Of a stretch of 64,000 nucleotides of DNA, positions 49,943 through 60,436 are shown one piece after another. The translations under genes were made by a program, and so were the position numbers. This DNA comes from Bacillota bacterium (GTDB lineage Bacteria > Bacillota > UBA4882 > UBA8346). The notes below the pieces were generated by a model. The model did not search any database. It saw only the letters and a list, made by a program, of their open reading frames with translations, and had not been told where the DNA came from. Position 1 is the first letter of the stretch. Each line of letters begins with the position of its first letter. The stretch spans positions 1 through 64,000 of the forward strand of contig JAEXDA010000029.1 in the NCBI GenBank assembly GCA_023401925.1. Reading direction: 5' to 3'.

Positions 49943-50518
49943 TTAAAATTGATATCCTAGTTTGACGGAACCCTCGTACATCAGATCCGGAAGTTTTAGA
50001 TTGCCGGAACCAACCGTGACGTTTTCGTCGCTCAGGTTGTAATGAAAGGCAGCCCAAGGATTGATATACCAGTGATCGCTAAGTTTATATACATACCCGC
50101 AACCGAGGGTGAGGATTTTCTGAGAAAACTTGCCGCCAACACCGGTATTTTTGTTTTGAATCCGGCTGTCCCAAAATTCGACGCCTCCTGCCAGCCACAA
50201 ACCCTCCCGGTTTTCGTCCGGGAAATAATCCACAATCACCGCATTGACATCCAAATCCCAATCCTTGTAGCCCTTTGGAGTTACAAAACCAGGGATGGTG
50301 GTTTTGGTCCGAATCAGCCGGAGATTATAGTGGTCAAATCCTATCACTCCGCTGATGTAATGTCCTCCGGAAAGATAAGGCAGCGCATCAACTTCTATTC
50401 CAAAGGTAAGTCCGGGATCGCTTTGAGAAGCGGCAAGGGTTGTCATAGATAACCCCAGTGTCAGCAAGATTCCCAGGATGCAAATTCCCCAAACTTTCTG
50501 TGTTTGATTTTTAAACAT
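49943..50518 (-). CDS. Small outer-membrane beta-barrel protein (signal peptide, alternating amphipathic strands, C-terminal ...GYQF)
   Basis: Signal peptide ending AAS. Terminal Phe is the classic BAM-recognition signature. Confidence 0.5.
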   Translation of the reverse strand: MFKNQTQKVWGICILGILLTLGLSMTTLAASQSDPGLTFGIEVDALPYLSGGHYISGVIGFDHYNLRLIRTKTTIPGFVTPKGYKDWDLDVNAVIVDYFPDENREGLWLAGGVEFWDSRIQNKNTGVGGKFSQKILTLGCGYVYKLSDHWYINPWAAFHYNLSDENVTVGSGNLKLPDLMYEGSVKLGYQF

Positions 50519-50550
50519 CGATGATTCCTCCTAAATTTGAGTAGGGATGA

Positions 50551-51648
50551 TTATTGAATAACCGGAACCGGCCTTCGCAAACTGGCGGGATGGCCGTAGT
50601 TCTTAACATAACCAACCCGAAGTATCATTTGCGCCTCTTGAGAAATTCCCAACTTCTTTGAAAATGTTTCTTTCCAGGGACTTTCCTCTAAAGGAGCGCT
50701 CATGGGATGCACAGCCAGCTTTTTCCCGGTTGCCGCGATTAAAAATCTCTCTAATGAACGGCCGCTATCGATTAACGACGAAATGGCATCGTCATCGGAT
50801 GAAAGAACCACAAAACCGCTGCAATTTTCGGCTTGTTTTTTTGCCGAAGCGACGGTTTGATTCCTGAACGATTTTGACATCACGGTATTCTGCGTAAAGA
50901 AGTTCGAAACAAACCAGCGGGTGATACCTGAAAGTCCCAGGCTTTCAGGGGTTAAACCGTCTCTCTCCTTTAAGGCTTCTTTTTTGGAAAAACGAAACAA
51001 TCCTGCCAGTTCCTTTTGTTTTTGATCATGGGTTACTTGCTGTTTGGTAGCCTGAATGATGGCCTCTTGGATATATCGTCCCTCTGGGCTTTCAAGGGAA
51101 AAATAATGAAACTGCGGCCCGAGTGACTTTATCCATTTGGCATCCTGATCTGTTAATGACTTGCGTAAGTAAGGAATACGAATGGTATGCCGGTTTTTGA
51201 TGTCGTCCAATCTATCCGGTAAGGAAATGCTGTTTTTCGGATAAAAGGTTAATTCAGCAATTTCCTGATCGTGGGGATTGAGATTTTGGGCTAAAACCGT
51301 TACTTCCGGTTGTAAACCAAAACTCATGGCAGCTTCAACCATATTCTCGATAAATGCTCCCAGTGAGATTAATGTTTCACGGTTTTCAGGATCGACTTGC
51401 GGTAAAAGATGTTGACGATCAACAAGGACTCTGATTTTATTTTCGGCAATCATTTTGATCTTCCACATTTGCGCATTGTGGCTGCTGGGAGCTAAGGAAC
51501 CATAATGAATCAGTTGATCGATTTTATTCTTCAAATTCAGGTTTTCCAATTTTTCTTCTCCCTGAATCCTGCAGTCAAAACTGATGATGAAAAGACAGCC
51601 CAATAATAGAAAAAGTTGAATTTTTTGATGCATTTTAATCTTGCTCAC
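50551..51648 (-). CDS. Nitroreductase-family flavoprotein with an N-terminal signal/anchor sequence
   Basis: SSHNAQMWKI resembles the nitroreductase SxHNxQPW motif. 365 aa. Confidence 0.5.
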   Translation of the reverse strand: MSKIKMHQKIQLFLLLGCLFIISFDCRIQGEEKLENLNLKNKIDQLIHYGSLAPSSHNAQMWKIKMIAENKIRVLVDRQHLLPQVDPENRETLISLGAFIENMVEAAMSFGLQPEVTVLAQNLNPHDQEIAELTFYPKNSISLPDRLDDIKNRHTIRIPYLRKSLTDQDAKWIKSLGPQFHYFSLESPEGRYIQEAIIQATKQQVTHDQKQKELAGLFRFSKKEALKERDGLTPESLGLSGITRWFVSNFFTQNTVMSKSFRNQTVASAKKQAENCSGFVVLSSDDDAISSLIDSGRSLERFLIAATGKKLAVHPMSAPLEESPWKETFSKKLGISQEAQMILRVGYVKNYGHPASLRRPVPVIQ

Positions 51649-51794
51649 CTCTTATTTTTTAAGATTGAAAAAGGCTGTTGCAAAAGGGATTGAAATCAAT
51701 GAGAAATACAATATATACCTTAAATAATGGGTAAAGTTTTACATATATTGTATTTCTCTATCGATAAAGCTTATTTTGCAACAGACCCCTATAG

Positions 51795-52436
51795 CTATGG
51801 TTTTAAGCTTTTGGTAATCAGCCGGGTCATCTCTGCAATCAAGGAGGGGATATCTTTATGGTAAGTATGGGCAATATATTTTTCTTTTTTTAGGATCATG
51901 TTGATAAAACCAATCATATTGCCATAGAGTATAAACGCTGTGTTTACAGGGTCAAGCTCTTTGGATATACTGCCGTCTTCAATACCTTGGCGAATGCTGT
52001 GAATCAGCAAATCGGCACTTTTATTTCCTTCAATGTAGTTGGCCCTTTTGTATTCATCCTGAGAAGCTAAATCTTCATCACGGTTTTCATAGTCGGCCAT
52101 CGCTTTAAAATAATGGGGATAGGTATTGGTAAACTCCAAGTAGGTTCGTCCGATGAATAAAACTTTTTCAAGCCCGTTTGCCGGCTGCTGCTTTTGAAGG
52201 GCGTCGAAGGTCAGCCTGTTTAGTATTTCGTAAGCCCGGCTGATAATGGCGTCATAAATTTGTTCCTTACTGGAAAAGTAAGCATAGACCGTCCTTTTAC
52301 TGTATTCCGCAGTCTTCGCAACCTCATCCATGGTGGCGTTATGAATTCCGTTGGCGAAAAACACTTTTTCAGCCGCGTTGATAATGTCTTCCTGACGTAG
52401 TTTCCGGAGTTGATTTTTCCGTTCTGTGGCGCCCAT
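51795..52436 (-). CDS. TetR/AcrR-family transcriptional regulator
   Basis: N-terminal helix-turn-helix (AAEKVFFANGIHNATMDEVAKTAEYSKRTVYAYF). Confidence 0.85.
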   Translation of the reverse strand: MGATERKNQLRKLRQEDIINAAEKVFFANGIHNATMDEVAKTAEYSKRTVYAYFSSKEQIYDAIISRAYEILNRLTFDALQKQQPANGLEKVLFIGRTYLEFTNTYPHYFKAMADYENRDEDLASQDEYKRANYIEGNKSADLLIHSIRQGIEDGSISKELDPVNTAFILYGNMIGFINMILKKEKYIAHTYHKDIPSLIAEMTRLITKSLKP

Positions 52437-52457
52437 AATTACCTCATCTTGATTATA

Positions 52458-52551
52458 CTAAAAAAGTAAACTGACAGTTTACTTTTTTAGTATAGCATAA
52501 ATTTATAAACTATACTAGTAAAAAATAACACTGACAGTTTACTTTTATTTG
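52458..52551. promoter_or_regulatory. Two copies of a TetR-type operator (perfect 34-bp palindrome CTAAAAAAGTAAACTGACAGTTTACTTTTTTAG, and a second copy with core AACACTGACAGTTTACTTTT), plus an AT-rich dyad between divergent TetR genes
   Basis: Palindromes read directly. Located in the shared promoter region. Confidence 0.5.
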
Positions 52552-52665
52552 AATTCTTTTGGAGAGTTTCAAACCAAGTTATGAAATGGCTCTTTCCAAC
52601 CCCTTGACAAGAATCATCAGTTTGGCTATAATGACTTTAAACTCATTGAGTTTGGAGTCATTATA

Positions 52666-53253
52666 ATGAAAATATCAAAACGAAAATTGCAAAAAGACCA
52701 GACCAGGGAGGGGATCCTTCAGGGGGCTCTGCATGAATTTGCTTCCAGAGGCTTTATTACCACCCGGACCAGTGATATTGCCGATGTAGCAGGCGTTTCC
52801 CACGGAACGGTTTTTGCGCATTTTGCCACCCGTGAGGATTTGTTAGTTGCTGTTATCGAAGAGTTCGGACGCAAGGTCGCCGGGCGAATTCACGAATTGG
52901 CAAGCCGGGGCGGGAGTGTGCGAGAGGTTCTCCAAGCTCACTTGGAAGGTCTTATTGAAGAGGAAGCTCTTTATTCCAGAATGGTCTTGGAAAGGTCCCT
53001 GTTGCCTGCTAATGCCCAAAGTGCTTTAGTGGCAATTCAATCAGCAATTTCCATCCATTTAAATCAAGCGGCAAGCCGCGAGATAACTTCAGGAGCGATT
53101 CGCCCCATTCCCATGCACTTTTTTTTTAATACCTGGATGGGATTGATTCATTATTATTTGAGCAATGCCGATTTATTTGCGCCGGGAGAGTCGGTTTTAA
53201 AGCGTTACGGGTCGGAATTGCTTGAATATTTCATAAGCTTGATGGCTCCGTAA
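52666..53253 (+). CDS. TetR/AcrR-family transcriptional regulator
   Basis: N-terminal helix-turn-helix (ALHEFASRGFITTRTSDIADVAGVSHGTVFAHF). Confidence 0.85.
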   Translation: MKISKRKLQKDQTREGILQGALHEFASRGFITTRTSDIADVAGVSHGTVFAHFATREDLLVAVIEEFGRKVAGRIHELASRGGSVREVLQAHLEGLIEEEALYSRMVLERSLLPANAQSALVAIQSAISIHLNQAASREITSGAIRPIPMHFFFNTWMGLIHYYLSNADLFAPGESVLKRYGSELLEYFISLMAP

Positions 53254-53292
53254 AGTTTAAAACGGAGCGTTAAATTTGAAAGGGGTGCTACG

Positions 53293-54015
53293 ATGGATCA
53301 AAGACCGAAGACGCCAACAATTGAAAATCTGTTACTCAATTCCGGCCTCCCGGGTCCCAGAGGAAATTTGGAACTACTTTATTCATTCGCCCATCGTGCC
53401 ACCGCTGGTGAAATTGAAGAATGTTTGGCCTATTATCATGATCATCTTAAAAACTCTCCGGAAGAGTTCGTGGTCATGTGCGGAATTGTCGGATATTGTA
53501 TTTTGAATCAGAATAACATCGAAGATACGATAGGGGAAATCAAGAGTTATGCTTCTCATGAGAGCTGGCGAATAAGAGAAGCGGTTGCCATCGGAATTCA
53601 AGAGATTGCTGAAAAAAATATGGCGGAGATAATGGATAGTCTGGAGAAATGGATGGATGGCAATGGTTTGGAAAAACGGGCCATAGTTGCCTCATTATGT
53701 GAACCCAAATTATTGAAAGTGAAATCCATCAAGCGCAGAATTTTAGATATCCTTACCCAAATAACGTTAGGGTTCACCATGAATAATACGAAGCTTTCCG
53801 ATCATCAGAGTGTGTTACGAAAAACTCTGGGTTATGGCTGGAGTGTAGTGATTGTTTCACTTCCGGAAGAGGGAAAAGCTGTGTTTGAAGATGTGGCCCA
53901 AAACCAAAATAAGCATATTCAATGGATAGTCAAAGAGAATTTAAAAAAGAATCGTTTACGGGTAATGGATGAGGAATGGGTTGAAAAGATGCTGATTAAG
54001 GAGACAAAGAAATGA
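53293..54015 (+). CDS. HEAT-repeat protein resembling DNA alkylation repair enzymes (AlkD/AlkC-like), tentative
   Basis: All-helical ~240 aa with WRIREAVAIG-type repeats; assignment made from memory of the family pattern only. Confidence 0.4.
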   Translation: MDQRPKTPTIENLLLNSGLPGPRGNLELLYSFAHRATAGEIEECLAYYHDHLKNSPEEFVVMCGIVGYCILNQNNIEDTIGEIKSYASHESWRIREAVAIGIQEIAEKNMAEIMDSLEKWMDGNGLEKRAIVASLCEPKLLKVKSIKRRILDILTQITLGFTMNNTKLSDHQSVLRKTLGYGWSVVIVSLPEEGKAVFEDVAQNQNKHIQWIVKENLKKNRLRVMDEEWVEKMLIKETKK

Positions 54016-54395
54016 AAGATTATGATAATTTCTTTTTACCTGCTAATGACCTGCATAAAGGCAAAGAATTCTATCAAGGAGTTTTGGGTCTGGATGTTAA
54101 GTTTGATTTTAGTAACCGGGGTATGATTGCATTTAAGGTTGGGGAGCAAGAACCGGCAATTATTCTTAAAACCCAGCCAAATGCCAAGCCTACGATTTGG
54201 TTTACAGTTGATGATGTTAAACAAGAATTCGACCGGTTAAAGACCAAGGGCGTCCGATTCTGTTCAGAACCGTTTCCCATTCGCACCGGATTGGCAGTCG
54301 AGTTTGAAGACCCATTTGGTAATCGCTTGGGAATTACGGATTATTCAGCTGTTCCGATAAAGACCAATGAAACTACTGTTGCGGGGAGAGATTGA
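54012..54395 (+). CDS. VOC-family (glyoxalase/bleomycin-resistance fold) protein
   Basis: 127 aa. Paired beta-alpha-beta-beta-beta module pattern. Start overlaps the upstream stop. Confidence 0.65.
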   Translation: MKDYDNFFLPANDLHKGKEFYQGVLGLDVKFDFSNRGMIAFKVGEQEPAIILKTQPNAKPTIWFTVDDVKQEFDRLKTKGVRFCSEPFPIRTGLAVEFEDPFGNRLGITDYSAVPIKTNETTVAGRD

Positions 54396-54637
54396 AAATG
54401 AAAACTTGTATTGCTTGTGGAATGCCTATGGAGAAAACGGAAGATTTCGCGATGGGAGATGTTACGAAGGATTATTGTGTTTATTGCGCGCGTCCTGACG
54501 GTGCCATGCAATCTTATGAAGAAAAATTGAAAGGTATGGCTGAGTTTATCGTGAAAACGCAGGGATTTGATGAAAAGGCAGCCCAAAGTGCCGCTCGGGA
54601 AATGATGGCAAAGCTTCCGGCTTGGCAGGGAAAATAA
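54392..54637 (+). CDS. Small zinc-ribbon protein
   Basis: CIACGMP...CVYCARPDG gives two CxxC pairs. 81 aa. ATGA overlap with the upstream gene. Confidence 0.5.
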   Translation: MKMKTCIACGMPMEKTEDFAMGDVTKDYCVYCARPDGAMQSYEEKLKGMAEFIVKTQGFDEKAAQSAAREMMAKLPAWQGK

Positions 54638-54754
54638 GTGATAAAGGATCAGGATGTCCTAAAATAAAATTTAGTGGAGTCAATATGAAGTAATTAGTTT
54701 TTTTATAGTTGATTTTTCCATCAAAAAGTATTATCATATCAACTAAAATATAAA

Positions 54755-54950
54755 AGCGCTCTTATCCGGAGAGGGGAAGGGACTGGCCCGATGAACCCTC
54801 GGCAACTGAAAGCGGTTTGACAATTTGAAAGTCCGCCTCACAGTGCCAATTCCTGCAGGGGAAACCCGAGAGATGAGAGGAAAATGGAAAATTATAGCCG
54901 AGCTATCGCTTGGTTATAGAAACCTCTTCCTCGTGGAAGAGGTTTTTTTA
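54755..54950 (+). ncRNA. SAM-I (S-box) riboswitch with intrinsic terminator, in the metA leader
   Basis: GCUCUUAUCCGGAGAGGGGAAGGGACUGGCCCGAUGAACCCUCGGCAAC...GGUGCCAAUUCCUGCAGGGGAAACCCGAGAGAUGAGAGG matches the S-box consensus. Terminator GAAACCUCUUCC-UCGU-GGAAGAGGUUUUUUUAUUUU at 54918-54950. Confidence 0.9.
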
Positions 54951-54996
54951 TTTTAATTTCAACCTGAACCATGAAGCAAAATTAGGAGGAGATAAC

Positions 54997-55914
54997 ATGC
55001 CGATTCGAATACCAAACAATCTACCAGCCACAGAGATTTTGGGCCGGGAAAATATCTTTGTAATGACAGAAGACCGGGCTCGCCATCAGGACATCCGCCC
55101 GTTAAAGATAGCGATTCTTAATTTGATGCCGACCAAAATCACCACAGAAACCCAGTTGTTACGATTGCTTGGGAATACTCCGCTCCAAGTGGAGGCGATT
55201 TTGCTTCAGCCCAAAAACCACCAGGCCAAGAACACGCCGGAAGAACATTTGAAGACTTTTTATAAAACCGTTGATGAGGTCGCTCATGAAAACTTTGATG
55301 GCTTGGTAATCACAGGAGCGCCGGTGGAGCAATTGGATTTCGAGGAAGTTGATTATTGGAAGGAACTGACTGAAATTTTGGATTGGGCCGATCACCATGT
55401 TTACTCAACCTTTTATATCTGTTGGGCGGCTCAAGCCGGACTTTTCTATCATTATAAGATTCCCAAGTATCCCTTATCCCAAAAAAAGTTTGGTGTCTTT
55501 GAACATACCGTCAATCAAAAATATACCAAATTATTGCGGGGGTTTGATGATGTTTTCCTGGCGCCTCATTCCCGTCATACCGAGGTGCGGCAGGCCGATA
55601 TCGAAAAAGTCCCTGGACTTGAGATTTTATCGACTTCTAAGGAAGCCGGGGTTTATATCGTAGTTTCCAACGATGAACGGAGGGTGTTTGTGACCGGACA
55701 TTCGGAATACGATCCGTTAACTCTAAAAGCCGAGTACGACCGGGATATTGCCAGAGGCATGCAGATTGATGTCCCGCGAAATTATTATCCCAACGATGAC
55801 CCCGGTAAGGAACCGATTGTAAAATGGCGGAGCCACGCTCATTTGCTTTATTTTAACTGGTTAAATTACTATGTATATCAAGGTACTCCTTATGACTTAA
55901 ATGACATCCGTTAA
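54997..55914 (+). CDS. metA: Homoserine O-acyltransferase (MetA family)
   Basis: [11 protein letters not shown]...[10 protein letters not shown] is the canonical MetA N-terminus. GGAGGAG ribosome-binding site before the ATG at 54997. Confidence 0.85.
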   Translation: MPIRIPNNLPATEILGRENIFVMTEDRARHQDIRPLKIAILNLMPTKITTETQLLRLLGNTPLQVEAILLQPKNHQAKNTPEEHLKTFYKTVDEVAHENFDGLVITGAPVEQLDFEEVDYWKELTEILDWADHHVYSTFYICWAAQAGLFYHYKIPKYPLSQKKFGVFEHTVNQKYTKLLRGFDDVFLAPHSRHTEVRQADIEKVPGLEILSTSKEAGVYIVVSNDERRVFVTGHSEYDPLTLKAEYDRDIARGMQIDVPRNYYPNDDPGKEPIVKWRSHAHLLYFNWLNYYVYQGTPYDLNDIR

Positions 55915-56062
55915 GAATTGGGTTTGTATTGGATCTTTTATAAAAATCATTTCGAAATGTATGTAACTTTTTAAATCCTTTTCGTTATGCAAAGTGATTT
56001 TAAACAGAGGCTGCTTCCCATTTTCGGGAAGCAGTTTGCATTGAGAGGGAACTTTGCCAATA

Positions 56063-56090
56063 TTGACAAAGCTTTCTTTTGGATATAATA
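56063..56090 (+). promoter_or_regulatory. Consensus-like sigma-A promoter (TTGACA-16-TATAAT) upstream of cysK, preceded by a terminator hairpin (56009-56039) for metA
   Basis: TTGACAaagctttcttttggaTATAAT. Hairpin GGCTGCTTCCC-ATTTTC-GGGAAGCAG followed by TTTGC. Confidence 0.5.
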
Positions 56091-56159
56091 TCAAAATAAA
56101 ATAAGATGGACCAAGCTACGATCGATGGATGGAATTCTTTTTGCGGAGGTTTATGTTGA

Positions 56160-57095
56160 ATGTCCAAAATTGCCCAAAGTTTAACGGATTTAATCGGTAA
56201 CACTCCTTTACTGGAGCTTAGTAATTTTAACAAATTTCATGGACTCAGCGCCAGAGTAATTGCGAAACTGGAATATTTCAATCCCCTCGGTAGTGTAAAA
56301 GACCGGGTCGGTTTTGCAATGATTCAAGACGCCGAAGCAAAGGGCCTGATCAACAAGGATACGGTCATCATCGAGCCGACCAGCGGTAATACCGGCGTCG
56401 CTTTGGCTTTTGTCGCCGCATCCCGGGGCTACCGGTTGATTTTAACGATGCCGGATAGCTTCAGTATTGAACGGCGCAACCTGTTAAAAGCTCTGGGGGC
56501 TGAATTGGTCCTTACTCCAGGAGTTGAGGGAATGTCGGGCGCAGTGCGCAGAGCGAATGAATTGGCCGCTCAAAATCCCAATTCGTTTATTCCCGGGCAG
56601 TTTAAAAATCCGGCAAACCCGGAGATGCACCGGAGAACGACTGCCGAGGAAATCTGGCGCGATACCGACGGAAAAGTGGATATTTTTATTGCCGGCGTCG
56701 GTACCGGGGGTACCGTCAGCGGTGTTGGGGAAGGTCTGAAAAAGAAAAATCCCAAGATACAAATCATCGCTTTTGAACCTTTTGATTCTTCTGTTTTATC
56801 CGGAGGGCGGCCAGGGCCCCATAAACTTCAAGGCATTGGCGCGGGATTTGTACCCGAGGTTTTCAATCGCTCTATCGTTGATGAAATTGTTACTGTGAAG
56901 AGTGAAGATGCCTTTGCAACTGCCAGGCGGCTTGCAAAACAGGAAGGCTTATTGGTGGGCATAACATCAGGCGCAGCTGTATTCGTAGGAACTGAGGTTG
57001 CCAAACGTCCGGAAAATAAGGGAAAGACGATTGTGGTATTGTTGCCGGATACCGGGGAACGTTATTTATCGACTCCTTTATTCCAGGAAAGTTAA
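56160..57095 (+). CDS. cysK: Cysteine synthase A (O-acetylserine sulfhydrylase)
   Basis: IGNTPLL...NPLGSVKDR...[11 protein letters not shown]-fold type II motifs. 311 aa. Confidence 0.9.
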   Translation: MSKIAQSLTDLIGNTPLLELSNFNKFHGLSARVIAKLEYFNPLGSVKDRVGFAMIQDAEAKGLINKDTVIIEPTSGNTGVALAFVAASRGYRLILTMPDSFSIERRNLLKALGAELVLTPGVEGMSGAVRRANELAAQNPNSFIPGQFKNPANPEMHRRTTAEEIWRDTDGKVDIFIAGVGTGGTVSGVGEGLKKKNPKIQIIAFEPFDSSVLSGGRPGPHKLQGIGAGFVPEVFNRSIVDEIVTVKSEDAFATARRLAKQEGLLVGITSGAAVFVGTEVAKRPENKGKTIVVLLPDTGERYLSTPLFQES

Positions 57096-57124
57096 TTCGA
57101 GAAAGTGAATAATAATTTGTTTAA

Positions 57125-57165
57125 AAACAAAACGATAACGCATCTCTTCGTTATCGTTTTGTTAT
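57125..57165 (+). terminator. Intrinsic terminator after cysK
   Basis: AACGATAACG-catctctt-CGTTATCGTT followed by TTGTT. Confidence 0.55.
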
Positions 57166-57481
57166 AGGATTGGGATTTTAATTGGGAGAATCCGGTGCCA
57201 TGGCGGACTTTCAGATTCGTTTGAAAAGATGCTTTGCACTTAAATGAAAAACGGGCTATCCTATTGCTTTTCACACACTGGGAGTGTGAATTCTCAAATT
57301 CATTTTGGAAATTTCATTTTCAACCGATTGATTCATCTACGGACTCCTTGGCAGAAGGGCTGTCAAAGATGTAATGTAGAAATAGTTTCTGAGAAAGTTC
57401 AATGACGGAATACCCTGTGATTTGAATAAATTAACGCCATTTTTCAAGATTTTCGAAGCAGTAACTTTGGAGGTTTGACTT

Positions 57482-58135
57482 ATGAGTTTCAGCGGTATCG
57501 TTTTCGATTTTAACGGCACTTTGTTTTGGGACACTCCCTTGCATAATCAGGCCTGGGATATTTTCATGCAGGAGCACAACCTGGAGCAGCTTACCGACGC
57601 CGAAAAGAATCAGAAAATGCATGGCAAGGCCAATCATGAGATCCTGCCGGTGCTGTTTCATAAAGAATTATCTCCTGCAGAGCTTGAAGGTTTCATTCAT
57701 AAAAAAGAAACCATCTACCAAGAACTTTGTTTGCAGCAGAAAATGGAATTAGCGCCGGGGGTCTTGCCGCTGCTCGATTTTTTAAAAGAGCGCCGAAAAG
57801 CTTTTACGATCGCCACCTCGTCCGGCATCGGTAACTTACGGTTTTATTTTGAACATTTTCATTTAAGCCGGTGGTTTGATTTTGAGCAGATTGTGTATGA
57901 TGATGGTTCACTCAAGAGTAAACCGGATCCGCAGATTTTTGAGGCGGCTATGGCTAAAATAGGAAAAGGCCCCAAAGATGTGGTTATATTTGAGGATTCA
58001 TTCGCCGGAATTTTAGCTGCTCAGAGAGCCCATCCAGGGAAGATAATTATCGTTGATTCGGTTCATGAAGATTATAGCAAGTGGAATTATCAGGTTATCA
58101 GGAGTTTTGTCGAGGTTGATAAGGAAATGTTTTGA
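57482..58135 (+). CDS. HAD-IA family hydrolase
   Basis: FDFNGTLFWDT motif I and downstream HAD motifs. Confidence 0.7.
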   Translation: MSFSGIVFDFNGTLFWDTPLHNQAWDIFMQEHNLEQLTDAEKNQKMHGKANHEILPVLFHKELSPAELEGFIHKKETIYQELCLQQKMELAPGVLPLLDFLKERRKAFTIATSSGIGNLRFYFEHFHLSRWFDFEQIVYDDGSLKSKPDPQIFEAAMAKIGKGPKDVVIFEDSFAGILAAQRAHPGKIIIVDSVHEDYSKWNYQVIRSFVEVDKEMF

Positions 58136-58492
58136 AAAACCGTGTATTGAGAATAAATGTAGGAGATGGAACATTTGCTGGTGGAAGCCGTCAATTTGGA
58201 CCTGGATTTCTGCTGGGTCGCCTGGTTCCGACAAGATGATATCCGCCCCATTTTCAACATTCCTCGGGATAAATCGGGGTAGGAATCATTACCGGTTGGT
58301 TATGCAGATGAAAATCCAAACCCGCGGCCCAGAAAAAGCTTGAGGATATTCTTCATTATGAACATTGGTGAGGACGTCCACAACTGATATGGAGTGGGAA
58401 AAAAGTATTGATTATTTCTTTGTGACAGTCTATGATTATTTTAAATTCAGAGACGTATCTAATCATTGAAAGGGAGAAAAGAGGAAAATTCG

Positions 58493-59767
58493 ATGTCGAT
58501 GTCTGCATGGAGAATAGAAACCAAATGCCTCCAGGAGGGATACAAGCCTGGAAATGGTGAGCCGCGGGTACTTCCGATTTATCAAAGCACTACTTACAAA
58601 TATAACTCAACGGAACAGGTTGCCAAGTTATTTGACTTGACCGAACCGGGCCATATGTATAGCCGTATCAGCAATCCTACCGTGGCATGTCTTGAAAACA
58701 AGATTGCCGCCCTGGAGGGTGGCGTAGGTGCCCTTTGTACATCATCCGGACAGTCGGCTACCTTAAATGCCCTGCTGAACATTGGCGAATGCGGGGACCA
58801 TTTCGTATCCTCCAGCACCATTTATGGCGGGACCTATAACCTGCTGGCCATTACCATCAAAAGGATGGGGATCGAGGTTACCTTTGTCAATCCGGATAGT
58901 TCCGAGGAGGAGATTCAGAAGGCATTCCGTCCGAACACCAAGGCTCTCTTTGGAGAAACCATCGCCAATCCGAAAATCAACGTCCTTGATATCGAGAAAT
59001 TCGCGCGCATAGCCGGAAAAAATCAGGTTCCGCTGATTGTGGACAACACGTTCGCCACTCCGGTTCTTTGCCGGCCTTTTGAATGGGGCGCGGATATCGT
59101 GATTCATTCTACCACCAAATATATGGATGGACATGCCACCTGTATCGGCGGCGCGATCGTAGATTCCGGAAAATTCGATTGGACAAACGGCAAATATCCC
59201 TTGCTGACTACGGCCGATGCATCGTATCATGGGGTTGTTTATACCAAAGATTTCGGAGCTGCGGCCTATATCACCAAAGCCCGGGTCCAATATATGCGGG
59301 ATATTGGTAACTGTATGAGCCCCAATAATGCCTTTCTGACTAATTTAGGTTTGGAAACGTTACATATTCGAATTGAACGCCATTCGGAGAATGCTTTAAA
59401 AGTAGCCCGGTATTTAGAAGATAGTAATAAAATCATATCCGTCAGTTATCCCGGATTGGCTGAGGACCCCTACCATCGTCTGGCTGAAAAATATTTGCCG
59501 AAAGGATGCAGCGGGGTGATTTCATTCCGGATCAAGGGCGGTAGGGAAGGTGCGGTGAAATTTATGGATAGGTTGAAGATGGCCGCCATCGTGGTTCATG
59601 TGGCGGATGCCAGGACCAGTGTGCTCCACCCGGCCAGTTCCACCCACCGTCAAATGAACGACGAACAACTTTTACAAGCCGGAATTGAGCCGGATTTGAT
59701 CCGTTTTTCGGTGGGCCTCGAACATGTTGACGACATCCTCGAAGATATTGAACAGGCTTTGGAGTAA
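58493..59767 (+). CDS. metY: O-acetylhomoserine aminocarboxypropyltransferase, paralog 2
   Basis: Same family as 45861-47159 (LPIYQSTTY...YSRISNPT...). Ribosome-binding site AAGGGAGAAAAGAGG before the ATG at 58493. Confidence 0.85.
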   Translation: MSMSAWRIETKCLQEGYKPGNGEPRVLPIYQSTTYKYNSTEQVAKLFDLTEPGHMYSRISNPTVACLENKIAALEGGVGALCTSSGQSATLNALLNIGECGDHFVSSSTIYGGTYNLLAITIKRMGIEVTFVNPDSSEEEIQKAFRPNTKALFGETIANPKINVLDIEKFARIAGKNQVPLIVDNTFATPVLCRPFEWGADIVIHSTTKYMDGHATCIGGAIVDSGKFDWTNGKYPLLTTADASYHGVVYTKDFGAAAYITKARVQYMRDIGNCMSPNNAFLTNLGLETLHIRIERHSENALKVARYLEDSNKIISVSYPGLAEDPYHRLAEKYLPKGCSGVISFRIKGGREGAVKFMDRLKMAAIVVHVADARTSVLHPASSTHRQMNDEQLLQAGIEPDLIRFSVGLEHVDDILEDIEQALE

Positions 59768-59847
59768 TCGTTTTTGGCGATTTGCATTGACAGGATGATT
59801 TTGGATTGTGAAAACCCAAGTATTAGTTTGCCGAGGGAGGGGATTGA

Positions 59848-60264
59848 ATGCTTTCCGAATTATTGAAAAGCGGTTATGGAAATGATCGGGATTTTAACTG
59901 TGCTGAAAAAATTTTATACGGGGCCAATGAAGCTTACCAACTAGGATTGAACAAGGAAGCTCTTAAATTATCCTCCGGTTTTGGAGGTGGAATGGCCATC
60001 GAAGGCACCTGCGGAGCTCTAACGGCTTCCATTATGGTGCTGGGACGGCTTTTTGTCAAGGACAACGCTCATGAGAGCACCCGGATCAAGGAACTAACGA
60101 AGGAACTGTTTGAGGAATACCGGAAGGCAATGGGGGATATTGACTGCGCCCCTTTAAAAGCAAAATACCGGACGGAAGCGATTGGATGCCGCGATGTCAT
60201 TTTCAAGGCGGCGGAGATTTTAGACGGAATGATAGCAAGAGAACGGAAAAAGGATCAACCATAA
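59848..60264 (+). CDS. C_GCAxxG_C_C-family protein (putative redox-active small protein)
   Basis: NCAEKIL...GGGMA...TCGALTASIMVLG...C...C pattern defining the family. 138 aa. Confidence 0.6.
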   Translation: MLSELLKSGYGNDRDFNCAEKILYGANEAYQLGLNKEALKLSSGFGGGMAIEGTCGALTASIMVLGRLFVKDNAHESTRIKELTKELFEEYRKAMGDIDCAPLKAKYRTEAIGCRDVIFKAAEILDGMIARERKKDQP

Positions 60265-60436
60265 ACAATAATCCATGGATCGTTTATTCTCATGGGTTGA
60301 GATTCATTCCCAAGATGAAAATTACCTTTTTACTTTTGGGGTTTGGATATGAGAAAGGAGATTTGGCGCAGGATATCTCCTTTCCCTAATGCTTGGAAAG
60401 CCGTCAATCATGGGCTTTTTAATTTATAACGGCAAG

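Noticed and set aside
58053-58343. 96-aa ORF in the metY-2 upstream gap
   Set aside because: Arg/Cys-rich low-complexity translation with no ribosome-binding site. The region is more plausibly a 5' leader.
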